Below are positions 55,483-64,000 of a stretch of 64,000 nucleotides of DNA, in pieces; the stretch's first letter is position 1, and each line of letters opens with the position of its first letter. A model generated the notes under the pieces. The model saw nothing but the letters and a program-made list of their open reading frames with translations. It searched no databases and was not told the DNA's origin. Both the position numbers and the translations under genes were made by a program. Source of the DNA: Verrucomicrobiia bacterium (GTDB lineage: Bacteria; Verrucomicrobiota; Verrucomicrobiia; Limisphaerales; UBA11358); NCBI GenBank assembly GCA_031290985.1, contig JARLJW010000086.1, positions 845-64,844 of the forward strand, written 5' to 3'.

Positions 55483-57642
55483 TTACCGTCCTGTCTTTGC
55501 CGGGGTATTGGAAAAAGTTTCCAGCCATGCCTGATTCGCCTCATACAGTCGAAGCTGTTCCTGCAACGCGGTCAAATCCTGCCCGGCCGCCGCCGCGTGT
55601 TGCAGCGCGGTTTTGGCGGTTTGTTGCGCGTCGGCGAATCGTCCCGCCCCCGCATACGCCATGGCCAGCGTGCCGAGGACGAACGGCTGTTCGCCATGAG
55701 TCAGGGCATTGGCTTTCTCCGCCAACGCGACCGCCTGGGTCCCATTGCGCACCTGCGGGTCTTCGGCGGTCGCCAGAACGCGCGCCAAATATGTCAGGGT
55801 CTGGTAATCATCCGGCTCGCGCTGCAACGCCTCCTGAAATTTTGCGACGGCCTCCGCGGATTGGCCGTAACGAAGATACGCCCGGCCCATGAGGTAATAG
55901 GGATGCGCCGCCCCCGGTTCCAGGCGCGCCGCCTCCGCGTACTCCGCCATGGCCTCGGGCAACCGTCCCAGCTCGGCCAGTTGCGTTCCGAGATTTGCGT
56001 GGCCGTGCGACTGGCCGGGTTGCAATTGTACCGCCGCCTGATAATGCGCCAGCGCCGCTTCCGGCTGGCCCGCCGCTGCCAGCAGATTGCCCAGGTTGTT
56101 ATGCGCCTCGATGAGGTTGGGATCCTGCCGCAGCGCCTCGTTATAGCGGGCGATGGCGTCCGCCGCGTTACCGGCTTTTTCCGCCGCCTGCCCGCGCAAT
56201 AATTCGACCTGCACGGCGAGCGACCTTTTCCCACCGCCCTCGATCTGGACGGTGGACGCAGGGGCGTACCGCAGAGCGACATCGTATTGTTTTAACGCCT
56301 CGTCCAACCGTCCGCTGCGTTCATAGGCGACGCCCAGCATCATGTGCGCCGGGCCGTTGTTTCCGGTCACCGCGATCGTGTGCGTGAAAAGCGCCTCCGT
56401 ATCGCGCCAGAACGTTAATTGATATTCCGTGACCATCACACAACCCGCCAGCACCAACCCCGCAACAACACCCAGGCCGGTTTTTGACACGTTCAACCGC
56501 ACCTGCAACTCGGCCAGTCCGAAGACAACCACCACAAACAATCCGACCGCCGGCAGATAAGTATAGCGATCCGCCATCGCTTGATCGCCCACCTGGACCA
56601 GCCCGATCACCGGCACCAACATGCCTAAAAACCAGAGCCAGCCGGTCAAAAAATAACCGCTGTGTTTTCGCATCCGCCAGGCCAGCACGGAAATGGCCAC
56701 CAACACCACGATGGATATCCCGATTTGTGCCGCAGAATAATGATCCGGCAACGGATAGAAAGCCCCCAACCCGGTTGGCCAGACGGTTTTGCCCAGATAA
56801 CCGGCGCAGGCCACCAACGCATTCTCCAGCCGCAGGCCCAATGGCACTTCCTGCAACGAGATCACCGCCTGCCCGCGCTGCGCCAAAAAGGTGACCACAC
56901 AAGAGGCCGCAGTCAAAAGGAAGAACGGCCACTTTTCCAAAAGCCGGCGCGTAAAACCAGCCGGCCGGTTCAACGGCCATTGATCCAGCAACAGCAGGAG
57001 AAACGGCAGGGTCACCAGCATCGGCTTGGCCATCAACGACAGGGCAAAGAAAACCACCGCCAGCCAAAAATCTTTTTGCCGCCCGCTGGAATCCTGCCCG
57101 GACGGCCGCCGGCTTTTCACAAACCGAACATATGCCAGCAGCGCCAGCAGCCCAAAAAACGTGCTCAACACATCTTTGCGCTCGGCGATCCACGCGACCG
57201 ATTCCACATGCAACGGATGCCATGCAAACAGCGCCGCCACGCACAACGCCGGCCAGAATGCGTTCGTCAACCGCTGCCAGAGCCGGAACAGCAGCACGAC
57301 GTTCATCGTGTGAAACAACACATTGATGAAATGATGCGCACCCGCATTCAGGCCGAACAACTGGCAGTCAAGCTGGTGCGAAAGCCATGTCAGCGAATGC
57401 CAGTTGCTCGCGTGCCAGCCGCTGAAGGCCCAGATGAAGCCATGCCAGGTCAGGCCGCCCTGAACGGTCGCATTGTCAGTGACATAACTGGGATCATCAA
57501 AATCGATGAAGGCATGGAAGCACACCGGCAGATAGACCAGCACCGTGACGAGCGCGAGGAGCAGCCCGGCCAGGCGCGTTCGTGGGTCGGCGATGAATTC
57601 CGGGCCGGACTGGGCCGGCCGGTTCTTTTTCGATGGCTTCAA
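55483..57642 (-). CDS. Membrane TPR protein (TMTC/GT-C-like protein O-glycosyltransferase family)
   Basis: DDPSYV, WHSLTWLSH, HPLHVESVAWIAERKDVL, ADRYTYLP, C-terminal TPRs. Confidence 0.85.
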   Translation of the reverse strand: MKPSKKNRPAQSGPEFIADPRTRLAGLLLALVTVLVYLPVCFHAFIDFDDPSYVTDNATVQGGLTWHGFIWAFSGWHASNWHSLTWLSHQLDCQLFGLNAGAHHFINVLFHTMNVVLLFRLWQRLTNAFWPALCVAALFAWHPLHVESVAWIAERKDVLSTFFGLLALLAYVRFVKSRRPSGQDSSGRQKDFWLAVVFFALSLMAKPMLVTLPFLLLLLDQWPLNRPAGFTRRLLEKWPFFLLTAASCVVTFLAQRGQAVISLQEVPLGLRLENALVACAGYLGKTVWPTGLGAFYPLPDHYSAAQIGISIVVLVAISVLAWRMRKHSGYFLTGWLWFLGMLVPVIGLVQVGDQAMADRYTYLPAVGLFVVVVFGLAELQVRLNVSKTGLGVVAGLVLAGCVMVTEYQLTFWRDTEALFTHTIAVTGNNGPAHMMLGVAYERSGRLDEALKQYDVALRYAPASTVQIEGGGKRSLAVQVELLRGQAAEKAGNAADAIARYNEALRQDPNLIEAHNNLGNLLAAAGQPEAALAHYQAAVQLQPGQSHGHANLGTQLAELGRLPEAMAEYAEAARLEPGAAHPYYLMGRAYLRYGQSAEAVAKFQEALQREPDDYQTLTYLARVLATAEDPQVRNGTQAVALAEKANALTHGEQPFVLGTLAMAYAGAGRFADAQQTAKTALQHAAAAGQDLTALQEQLRLYEANQAWLETFSNTPAKTGR

Positions 57643-57772
57643 GTTCGCCTTATTGCAGCCGGTCTGGCGGGTAAAATCAACGCAACTTTTTACGCGGCAA
57701 TCCGGGTGCCCTAGATTTAGCTCTGCTTAGGCGGGCTTTTGAGTTATACTTCCGGACGTAGAGACTAATTGC

Positions 57773-59815
57773 ATGACGCCAAAACTATTTTCCGAACTGG
57801 GCATTTCACCCGAACTCCTTAAAGCCGTCCAAAAGATGGGCTTCGAACAGGCCTCGCCGATCCAGGCCGCCGCGATTCCCGTGCTGCTCACCGGCAAGGA
57901 CATCGTCGGCCAGTCCATGACCGGTTCCGGCAAGACCGCCGCCTTCGGCATCCCCGCCGTTGAGAAGGTGGAGGCCGCCAAGCGCGAGGTTCAGGTGCTG
58001 ATCCTCTGCCCCACCCGCGAACTCGCCGTGCAGGTTTCCGAGGAGATCCACAAGCTGGCATTTTTCAAACGCGGTGTCATGGCGCTGCCGATCTACGGCG
58101 GACAATCTTACGATCGCCAGCTTTACGGCCTCAAGCAGGGCGCGCAGATCGTCATCGGCACGCCCGGACGCGTGATGGACCACATGCGCCGCGGCACCTT
58201 GCGGCTCAAGTCGATCAAAATGGTCATTCTCGATGAGGCCGATGTCATGTTGAACATGGGGTTCCGCGAGGACATCGAGCTGATCCTGGCCGACACGCCC
58301 AAGGAGCGGCAGACCGTTTTCTTTTCCGCCACGATGCCCCGGCCGATCCGCGAACTCATCGAAAAAAGTTCCCACGAGCCGCAGACGGTAAGAATCGAGC
58401 AGAAGGCCATGACCGTGCCCACGGTGGACCAGGTCTATTACGAAGTCGACCGCCGTTACAAAATGGAGCTGCTCACGCGGCTCATTGATATTTTCGACCT
58501 GAAGCTCGGCATCATTTTCTGCAACACCAAGCGCATGGTGGATGAACTTGTGGATCACCTCGAGGCCGCCGGTTATCAGGCTGACCGCCTGCACGGTGAC
58601 ATGACCCAGGCGCAACGCGACCGCGTGATGAACAAGTTCCGCAAGTCCGGCCTCGAATTCCTCGTCGCCACGGACATCGCCGCCCGCGGCATTGACGTGG
58701 ACGATGTGCAGGTGGTCTTCAACTACGACCTGCCTTATGACCCGGAAGATTATTTGCACCGTATCGGCCGCACGGGCCGCGCCGGCAAGAGCGGTCGCGC
58801 CATCTCCCTCGTGCCGGGCCGGGAAATGTTCCAGATCCGCAATATCGAACGCTTCACCAATGTGCGGATTCAACGCGGAAAAATCCCCTCCGCCGACGAA
58901 GTGTCCGAGGCGCGCGAAAATGTTTTTATCGAGAAACTCCGCGCCCTGCTCACCGCCGGCGAATTTCAGAAGCACGACCAGGTGGTCGAACGTCTCCTTG
59001 AGGAAGGCTTCAGTTCCACCGACATCGCTTCCGCATTGATTCACTTGCTGCATACCGGTGAAGCCGCCAAGCCCGCACCGAAGACGGAAAACTACGACCG
59101 CCCGGAACGGGACGAGCGCCCCCCGGCCCGCTTCGACGACCGCCGCGACCGGCCGTCGTATCGCGATGACCGTGGCGACCGCGGCAATTCCCGCGATGAT
59201 CGCCGCCCAAGCTACGACCAGCCGCGCCGTTTTGAAGACCGTCCGCCGCGCGCCGCCGCACCCACTCCCGCTTCGGCCCGCCCCAAAACCGTGACACCCC
59301 GTTCCGAAGTGGCGTTCGCTGATCCAAAGAAGAGCAAAGTCACGCCGTGGAAGGCTGAAGCCGCTCCCGTTGCCAAAACCGTCGTTCCACCTGCGGAAAT
59401 CAAACCACCAGTCGTAAAACCGCCGGTTGAAGCCAAGGTTGAACCTGTAAAGACATTCACCGACGAGGAAATCCTCGCCTCCGTAAAAACTCCGGAAGCC
59501 AAACCGGCCTCCAAGCTGTTCATCAAACCCAAGCCCGCACCCGCGGCCGCCCAGAAGCCCAAGGTGAGCCGTGCCACGCCGGCCGACCAGACGCGCCTTT
59601 GGATGAGCCTCGGTGAGGCTCAGGGCATCACGCCCATCGACATCGTGAACACCGTCGCCGGCGAAACCGGCCTGCCGGGCAAGGTCGTCGGCACCGTGGA
59701 CGTGCGGGAAAAGCACCTCTTTGTGGACGTCGCCAGCGAACATGCCAACAGCATCATCGCCAAGCTGAACCGCGCGGAAATCAAAGGCCACAAGGTCAAA
59801 GTGAAAGTGGCGTAA
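57773..59815 (+). CDS. deaD: DEAD-box RNA helicase with DbpA RNA-binding domain
   Basis: Q motif, TGSGKT, PTRELA, DEAD, SAT, HRIGRTGRAG; low-complexity linker; C-terminal RRM-like domain. Confidence 0.93.
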   Translation: MTPKLFSELGISPELLKAVQKMGFEQASPIQAAAIPVLLTGKDIVGQSMTGSGKTAAFGIPAVEKVEAAKREVQVLILCPTRELAVQVSEEIHKLAFFKRGVMALPIYGGQSYDRQLYGLKQGAQIVIGTPGRVMDHMRRGTLRLKSIKMVILDEADVMLNMGFREDIELILADTPKERQTVFFSATMPRPIRELIEKSSHEPQTVRIEQKAMTVPTVDQVYYEVDRRYKMELLTRLIDIFDLKLGIIFCNTKRMVDELVDHLEAAGYQADRLHGDMTQAQRDRVMNKFRKSGLEFLVATDIAARGIDVDDVQVVFNYDLPYDPEDYLHRIGRTGRAGKSGRAISLVPGREMFQIRNIERFTNVRIQRGKIPSADEVSEARENVFIEKLRALLTAGEFQKHDQVVERLLEEGFSSTDIASALIHLLHTGEAAKPAPKTENYDRPERDERPPARFDDRRDRPSYRDDRGDRGNSRDDRRPSYDQPRRFEDRPPRAAAPTPASARPKTVTPRSEVAFADPKKSKVTPWKAEAAPVAKTVVPPAEIKPPVVKPPVEAKVEPVKTFTDEEILASVKTPEAKPASKLFIKPKPAPAAAQKPKVSRATPADQTRLWMSLGEAQGITPIDIVNTVAGETGLPGKVVGTVDVREKHLFVDVASEHANSIIAKLNRAEIKGHKVKVKVA

Positions 59816-59852
59816 ATTTGAATTTGGAGGCTCTAACTGGTGATTGAAGTTT

Positions 59853-59876
59853 GAGCCTCCTTACGTCGGCTGCTAC
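59853..59876 (-). repeat. GTAG-type REP hairpin
   Basis: Reverse strand GTAGcagccgacgtaaggaggctc. Confidence 0.55.
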
Positions 59877-59884
59877 GAAATAAA

Positions 59885-60241
59885 ATGACTGATCCGACCC
59901 CACCTCATCCCGTCGAACGCCTCTTCCCGTTCGTGATAAAGACGCGCGCCCTGCTCGTTGGTCGCGACACCCTGCGCGCCAACAAGGGCAAGCTTCATTT
60001 CGTCCTCATCACCGAAGACATCGCCGAAGCCAGCCGCGAGGAAGTGCTCAGGGATTTCACTCACTACCCGGTGGTGCAACATTTCACGGCGGCGGATTTT
60101 GAGAGATTTTTCGCCGTCAAGGGTGCCAAGGCCATCGGCTTCACCAAATCCGGCCTTGCACAATCGATCTACGCCGAGCTGAAGCAATTCCGCATCAATC
60201 AACCTTTGCATCCGGCGAAGCCGAAGCAACCGGAAGAATAA
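59885..60241 (+). CDS. L7Ae/L30e-like small RNA-binding protein
   Basis: LLVGRDTL.....LHFVLITEDIAEAS. Confidence 0.55.
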   Translation: MTDPTPPHPVERLFPFVIKTRALLVGRDTLRANKGKLHFVLITEDIAEASREEVLRDFTHYPVVQHFTAADFERFFAVKGAKAIGFTKSGLAQSIYAELKQFRINQPLHPAKPKQPEE

Positions 60242-60568
60242 CTGAAATTAAACTCGCTGCCGTTTCCTAGTTGTCACACGAAAAGAAGAAATGCTTCTTG
60301 ACGCCCGCATTTTATTCATAAAAATTCATTCAACAAGCCATGAGGGTATTCAAAACATGGAATGACGCCAATGCTGGCAAAGCCCCACGCAGACCATTAG
60401 CGACGCCGAATCCGCCAGCAATCAGGGCATTGTCGTCACCGATTGCCGGAACGGCATCAAATCGAGACAAGCCCGACTCTCCGGCTCGCATGTTGAACTT
60501 TCAGAACTTGTCAACGATCAGGTGAAAATCCCGAGCCGTGAAACCCGGACCGGCAGAACAGCAAACTT

Positions 60569-63500
60569 ATGAATCCAACTAAAACCATTATTTTTGCTGT
60601 GATTCTGTTATCCGCACGGTTCGCTGGAAATGCCTTTGCTGGTTCAGGGGCGATTGATCCCACCTACGCGCCTGTCGTCACCGGTTTTGTGAATGCCCTG
60701 GCCGTCCAACCGAACGGACAATTGCTGATTGCCGGCAACTTTACCAGCATCAACAGCCAGAGCCGGTACCGGCTGGCGCGCCTTTATGCGGACGGCACCC
60801 TGGACCCCGTATTTTTGAACGGGCAGAGCGGTCCCAGCGGCACGGTCAACGCCCTGGTGCTGCAGAGCGACGGGCACATCCTCATCGCGGGCAACTTCAG
60901 TGCGGTCAATGGCACCACGCGCCCCGGGGTGGCGCGTTTGAATCCGAACGGAACGCTCGACGGCAGCTTTGTTCCGACCAATTACCCGCAAACCACCTAT
61001 GCAACGGCCGTGCAAAGCGACAACAAGGTGATCGTCGGCGGAGCGGGATTTATCTTCCGGCTGAATGCCGACGGGACCATGGACAGCACGTTTGTGCAAG
61101 CGGTATCGCAGCCCACCGTCTATGCGATCGCCGTGCAACCCGACGGCAAAATATTGATCGGCGGGGCCTTCTCAACTTTCATCGGCACGACGCGGAACAA
61201 CCTTGCGCGGCTGAACACCGACGGCACTGTGGACGGCACTTTTCTCAACAATCTCACCGGGGCGTCCAGCAACGTCCGATGCATTCAAGTCCAGTCCGAT
61301 GGCAAGGTTCTGATTGGCGGCGACTTTACCACGGTCAACGGCACGGGCCGTTACCATGTTGCCCGGCTCACCAGCGCGGGCATTCTGGACACCGGGTTTG
61401 CCCCCGGGAATATTTCCGGCAATTCGGTCTATGCGATGGCCCTCCAGCCGGACAACAGCATCGTGATTGGAGGCAGCTTTAGCGACTACTATTACAACAA
61501 CGGGCTTACCAGTTACTCCTATAACATTGCCCGGCTCTATCCGGACGGGTCGATGGACAACACTTTTTATTGTCCCAACAATTATTTCTCCACGACGTAT
61601 GCCCTCGGCCTGCAAAGCGACGGCGGGATTCTGGCCGGCGGCAATTTCACCTATTCTTCGACGAACCGCTATCTCGCGCGCGTCTACGGCAATCTTTACC
61701 CGCCGGAGTTCACGCTGCAGCCGACGAACCGCGCGGTCGCGGTTGGCACCAATGTCACTTTCACCGCCCACGTCAACAATCCCACGACCACTTACTTTCA
61801 GTGGCGCAAGAACGGCACGGACATTGCCGGGGCGACGGAAATGGCTTACACGCTCTACAATGTCCAACTCAGCGATGCGGGCGTTTATGCGGTCTTCGCC
61901 AACAATTCCATCGCCGGGGTCACCAGCAGCAACGCGCTCCTCCAGGTGGGCATGCCGCCGGCGATCACGCAGCCGCCGGCCAGCCTGACGGTGACGCAGG
62001 GGCAGCCGGCGACGTTCACCCTCGGCGCGAGCGGCACGCCGCTGAATTATTATTGGAAGAAGAACGGGGTGTTTATTCCGGGGGCGACGAACGCGGCGCT
62101 CACCTTCGCCAACGCGGTGTACACCAACGCCGGCAGCTATATGTGCCAGGTCAGCAATTTTCTGGGGAACTTGACCAGTGTTGCGGCCACGCTCACCGTT
62201 TACGCACCGCCCGCGATTCTCGCGCAACCCGCCGGCCAAACCGTGGGGGTCAGTTCCAATTTCACGGTGGCGGTTTCGGCCAATGGAACAGCCCCGCTGG
62301 CGTATCAATGGCTTAAAGACGGCAATCTACTGGCCAATCCCGCCGGCGCAAGCATCACTATCACCAATGCGCAGGTCACGGATGGCGGCGGCTATTCGGT
62401 GATCATCGCCAATTCTTTCGGCAGCGTGACGAGCGCCGTAGCGGTCATCAGCGTCACGAATTTCCCACCCTTCATCGTGACGCAGCCGGCGGGTGGAAAT
62501 TATCCGGTCGGGAGCAATTTCAGCCTGTCGGTCGTGGCCGGCGGCACCGCGCCGTTTGCGTATCAGTGGAGCACCAATGGCGCGCCCATTCCCGGGGCGG
62601 TGGCCGCCAGCTATGCGGTGACGAATGCGCAGACCAATGATTCCTGGGCTTATACCGTGACGGTCACGAACATCAGCGGCGGCATCACCAGCGCGGCGGC
62701 GGTGGTAAATGTCGGGTACGCGCCGGTCGTCGTGCAACAGCCGTTGTCCGTCACCAACAACGCCGGCGGCACGAATGGTTTCGCGGTGACGCTGTTTGGC
62801 AGCAGCCCGCTGCTCTACCAGTGGTTCAAGGACGGCATGCCCATTCCCAACGCGACAAATATTTCACTGATGCTGCCCAATTTGCAATCCAACCAAGTCG
62901 GTTATTATTTTGTGAGCGTAACCAACATTTATGGCGGCACGGTGAGTTCCAATGCGGCGCTGGTGCTTGCCGGCGTTCCATTCAGCCTCTGGCAGGGGTT
63001 GGTGGCTTATTATCCGTTCAACGGGAATGCCAATGATGCGAGCGGGAATGGCTACAATTTAATCAACAACGGGGCAACCTACGGAACGGATATGTTCGGG
63101 AATACAAACGCCGCCGCAGTGTTCAGCGCGGGCACGGCAATTCCCCCCGCCGGGAATTTTGACGATAGTTTTGGGGGGCAATGGATGAGTTTCGGAACGG
63201 CGGCACCGCTTGATAATTTGTCAGCGGTCACCGTTTCAATGTGGCTGAATCCGGGGAACTTTTTGCCGCCGGCGGCCGGCAACGCCGCCAGCGGGCGGGT
63301 TTTGTATCAGGAATCGGTGGTGGACATCGACACGCAAGGCAACAGTCCGCAAGGTTTCGGTTTTACTTACGGAGATGGAAACAACTGGTTTAATCAAACC
63401 GGCCTTGACGTGACCAATGGAACCGCCGGATTTTCAACCAATGGCAGCTGGGTGCATTGTGTTTTGACGGCGGATGCGACCGGTCAAAAACTGTTTGCCA

Positions 63501-64000
63501 ACGGGGCATTGTTAGAATCCGATTCCACCCTGTTTACCGGGACAGGAACAAACGGTTACATCCTGGGTTTAGGCGCATACTACAACGGTTCAATTGATGA
63601 TCTGCGGATCTACAACCGTGCCCTGTCCTCCAATGAAGTGGCTTCGTTATATGCGCTGGAAGCCGACCTGCCGGTCATTTCCCAGCAGCCCCAATCACAA
63701 ACAAACATGTTCGGCGGCTCCGCGCAGTTTGCCGTGACAGCCACTGCGCAAAATCCATTGCTGTATCAATGGCAGTTCAACAGCGCGAACATTGCCGGGG
63801 CAACGAACGCCGCGCTGGTTCTGACGAATCTCCAATATACCAATGCCGGCAGCTACGGCGTGACCATCAGCAACGCCTTGGCCGGCGTCACGAGTTCCAA
63901 CGCCACGCTCACCGTATGGCAACCCGTCCCGCAATTCGCCACCTCCGGTCATACCATGACCAACGGCGCATTCGGCATCTCCTTGGGTGGTTTGACCGGA
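60569..64000 (+). CDS. Large secreted or surface protein: 7 delta-60 propeller repeats, 6 Ig domains, LamG-like domain (3-prime end beyond the window)
   Basis: Manual translation open for 1144 codons to the window end; Q(P/S)DG repeats, YQW.K.G Ig motifs, LVAYYPFNGNAND...IDDLRIYNRAL. Confidence 0.92.
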   Translation, partial: MNPTKTIIFAVILLSARFAGNAFAGSGAIDPTYAPVVTGFVNALAVQPNGQLLIAGNFTSINSQSRYRLARLYADGTLDPVFLNGQSGPSGTVNALVLQSDGHILIAGNFSAVNGTTRPGVARLNPNGTLDGSFVPTNYPQTTYATAVQSDNKVIVGGAGFIFRLNADGTMDSTFVQAVSQPTVYAIAVQPDGKILIGGAFSTFIGTTRNNLARLNTDGTVDGTFLNNLTGASSNVRCIQVQSDGKVLIGGDFTTVNGTGRYHVARLTSAGILDTGFAPGNISGNSVYAMALQPDNSIVIGGSFSDYYYNNGLTSYSYNIARLYPDGSMDNTFYCPNNYFSTTYALGLQSDGGILAGGNFTYSSTNRYLARVYGNLYPPEFTLQPTNRAVAVGTNVTFTAHVNNPTTTYFQWRKNGTDIAGATEMAYTLYNVQLSDAGVYAVFANNSIAGVTSSNALLQVGMPPAITQPPASLTVTQGQPATFTLGASGTPLNYYWKKNGVFIPGATNAALTFANAVYTNAGSYMCQVSNFLGNLTSVAATLTVYAPPAILAQPAGQTVGVSSNFTVAVSANGTAPLAYQWLKDGNLLANPAGASITITNAQVTDGGGYSVIIANSFGSVTSAVAVISVTNFPPFIVTQPAGGNYPVGSNFSLSVVAGGTAPFAYQWSTNGAPIPGAVAASYAVTNAQTNDSWAYTVTVTNISGGITSAAAVVNVGYAPVVVQQPLSVTNNAGGTNGFAVTLFGSSPLLYQWFKDGMPIPNATNISLMLPNLQSNQVGYYFVSVTNIYGGTVSSNAALVLAGVPFSLWQGLVAYYPFNGNANDASGNGYNLINNGATYGTDMFGNTNAAAVFSAGTAIPPAGNFDDSFGGQWMSFGTAAPLDNLSAVTVSMWLNPGNFLPPAAGNAASGRVLYQESVVDIDTQGNSPQGFGFTYGDGNNWFNQTGLDVTNGTAGFSTNGSWVHCVLTADATGQKLFANGALLESDSTLFTGTGTNGYILGLGAYYNGSIDDLRIYNRALSSNEVASLYALEADLPVISQQPQSQTNMFGGSAQFAVTATAQNPLLYQWQFNSANIAGATNAALVLTNLQYTNAGSYGVTISNALAGVTSSNATLTVWQPVPQFATSGHTMTNGAFGISLGGLTG

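Noticed and set aside
57806-59791. 661-aa ORF antisense to deaD (similar cases at 44127-45704 and 48086-50128)
   Set aside because: Shadow frames of conserved genes; no domain signal.
60340-60525. 61-aa ORF upstream of the surface protein
   Set aside because: No motif or coding signal; probably leader or promoter DNA.

Overview
Bacterial genomic DNA, probably Verrucomicrobiota (Pedosphaerales/Limisphaerales-like). This is inferred from the ECF sigma/Ser-Thr kinase pair, long-form GreA, the [10 protein letters not shown] prepilin-type protein, the delta-60/Ig/LamG surface protein and the repeat families. Bases 1-~5430 look like a decayed phage-related integrated element: a serine-recombinase remnant, a cI/cro-like switch with a palindromic operator, small scaffold-like and terminase-small-subunit-like ORFs, and a CsgG/FlgO-like cargo gene. 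No capsid or replication gene is visible. The rest is mostly core or accessory chromosome: helicases, gdh, HU, a surface-glycan locus with tandem gmd, fabI, rsmB, greA, psd-pssA, vapBC, ychF and deaD. The intergenic DNA is unusually rich in REP-like hairpins and miniature elements. Best leads: (1) the satellite-like element; (2) a ferritin-like DUF455/ATP-grasp fusion head-to-head with a CxxC pseudo-rhodanese; (3) a 311-bp miniature element with Tn5-like 19-bp ends and a perfect 9-bp target duplication; (4) an SGNH protein with Cys at the nucleophile position; (5) a shared GTAACAA-N13-GGTAA motif ahead of the ECF sigma and its kinase; (6) several gene-bracketing direct repeats. No rRNA, tRNA or CRISPR array was seen. 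All family calls come from motif recognition by eye; no database searches were run.
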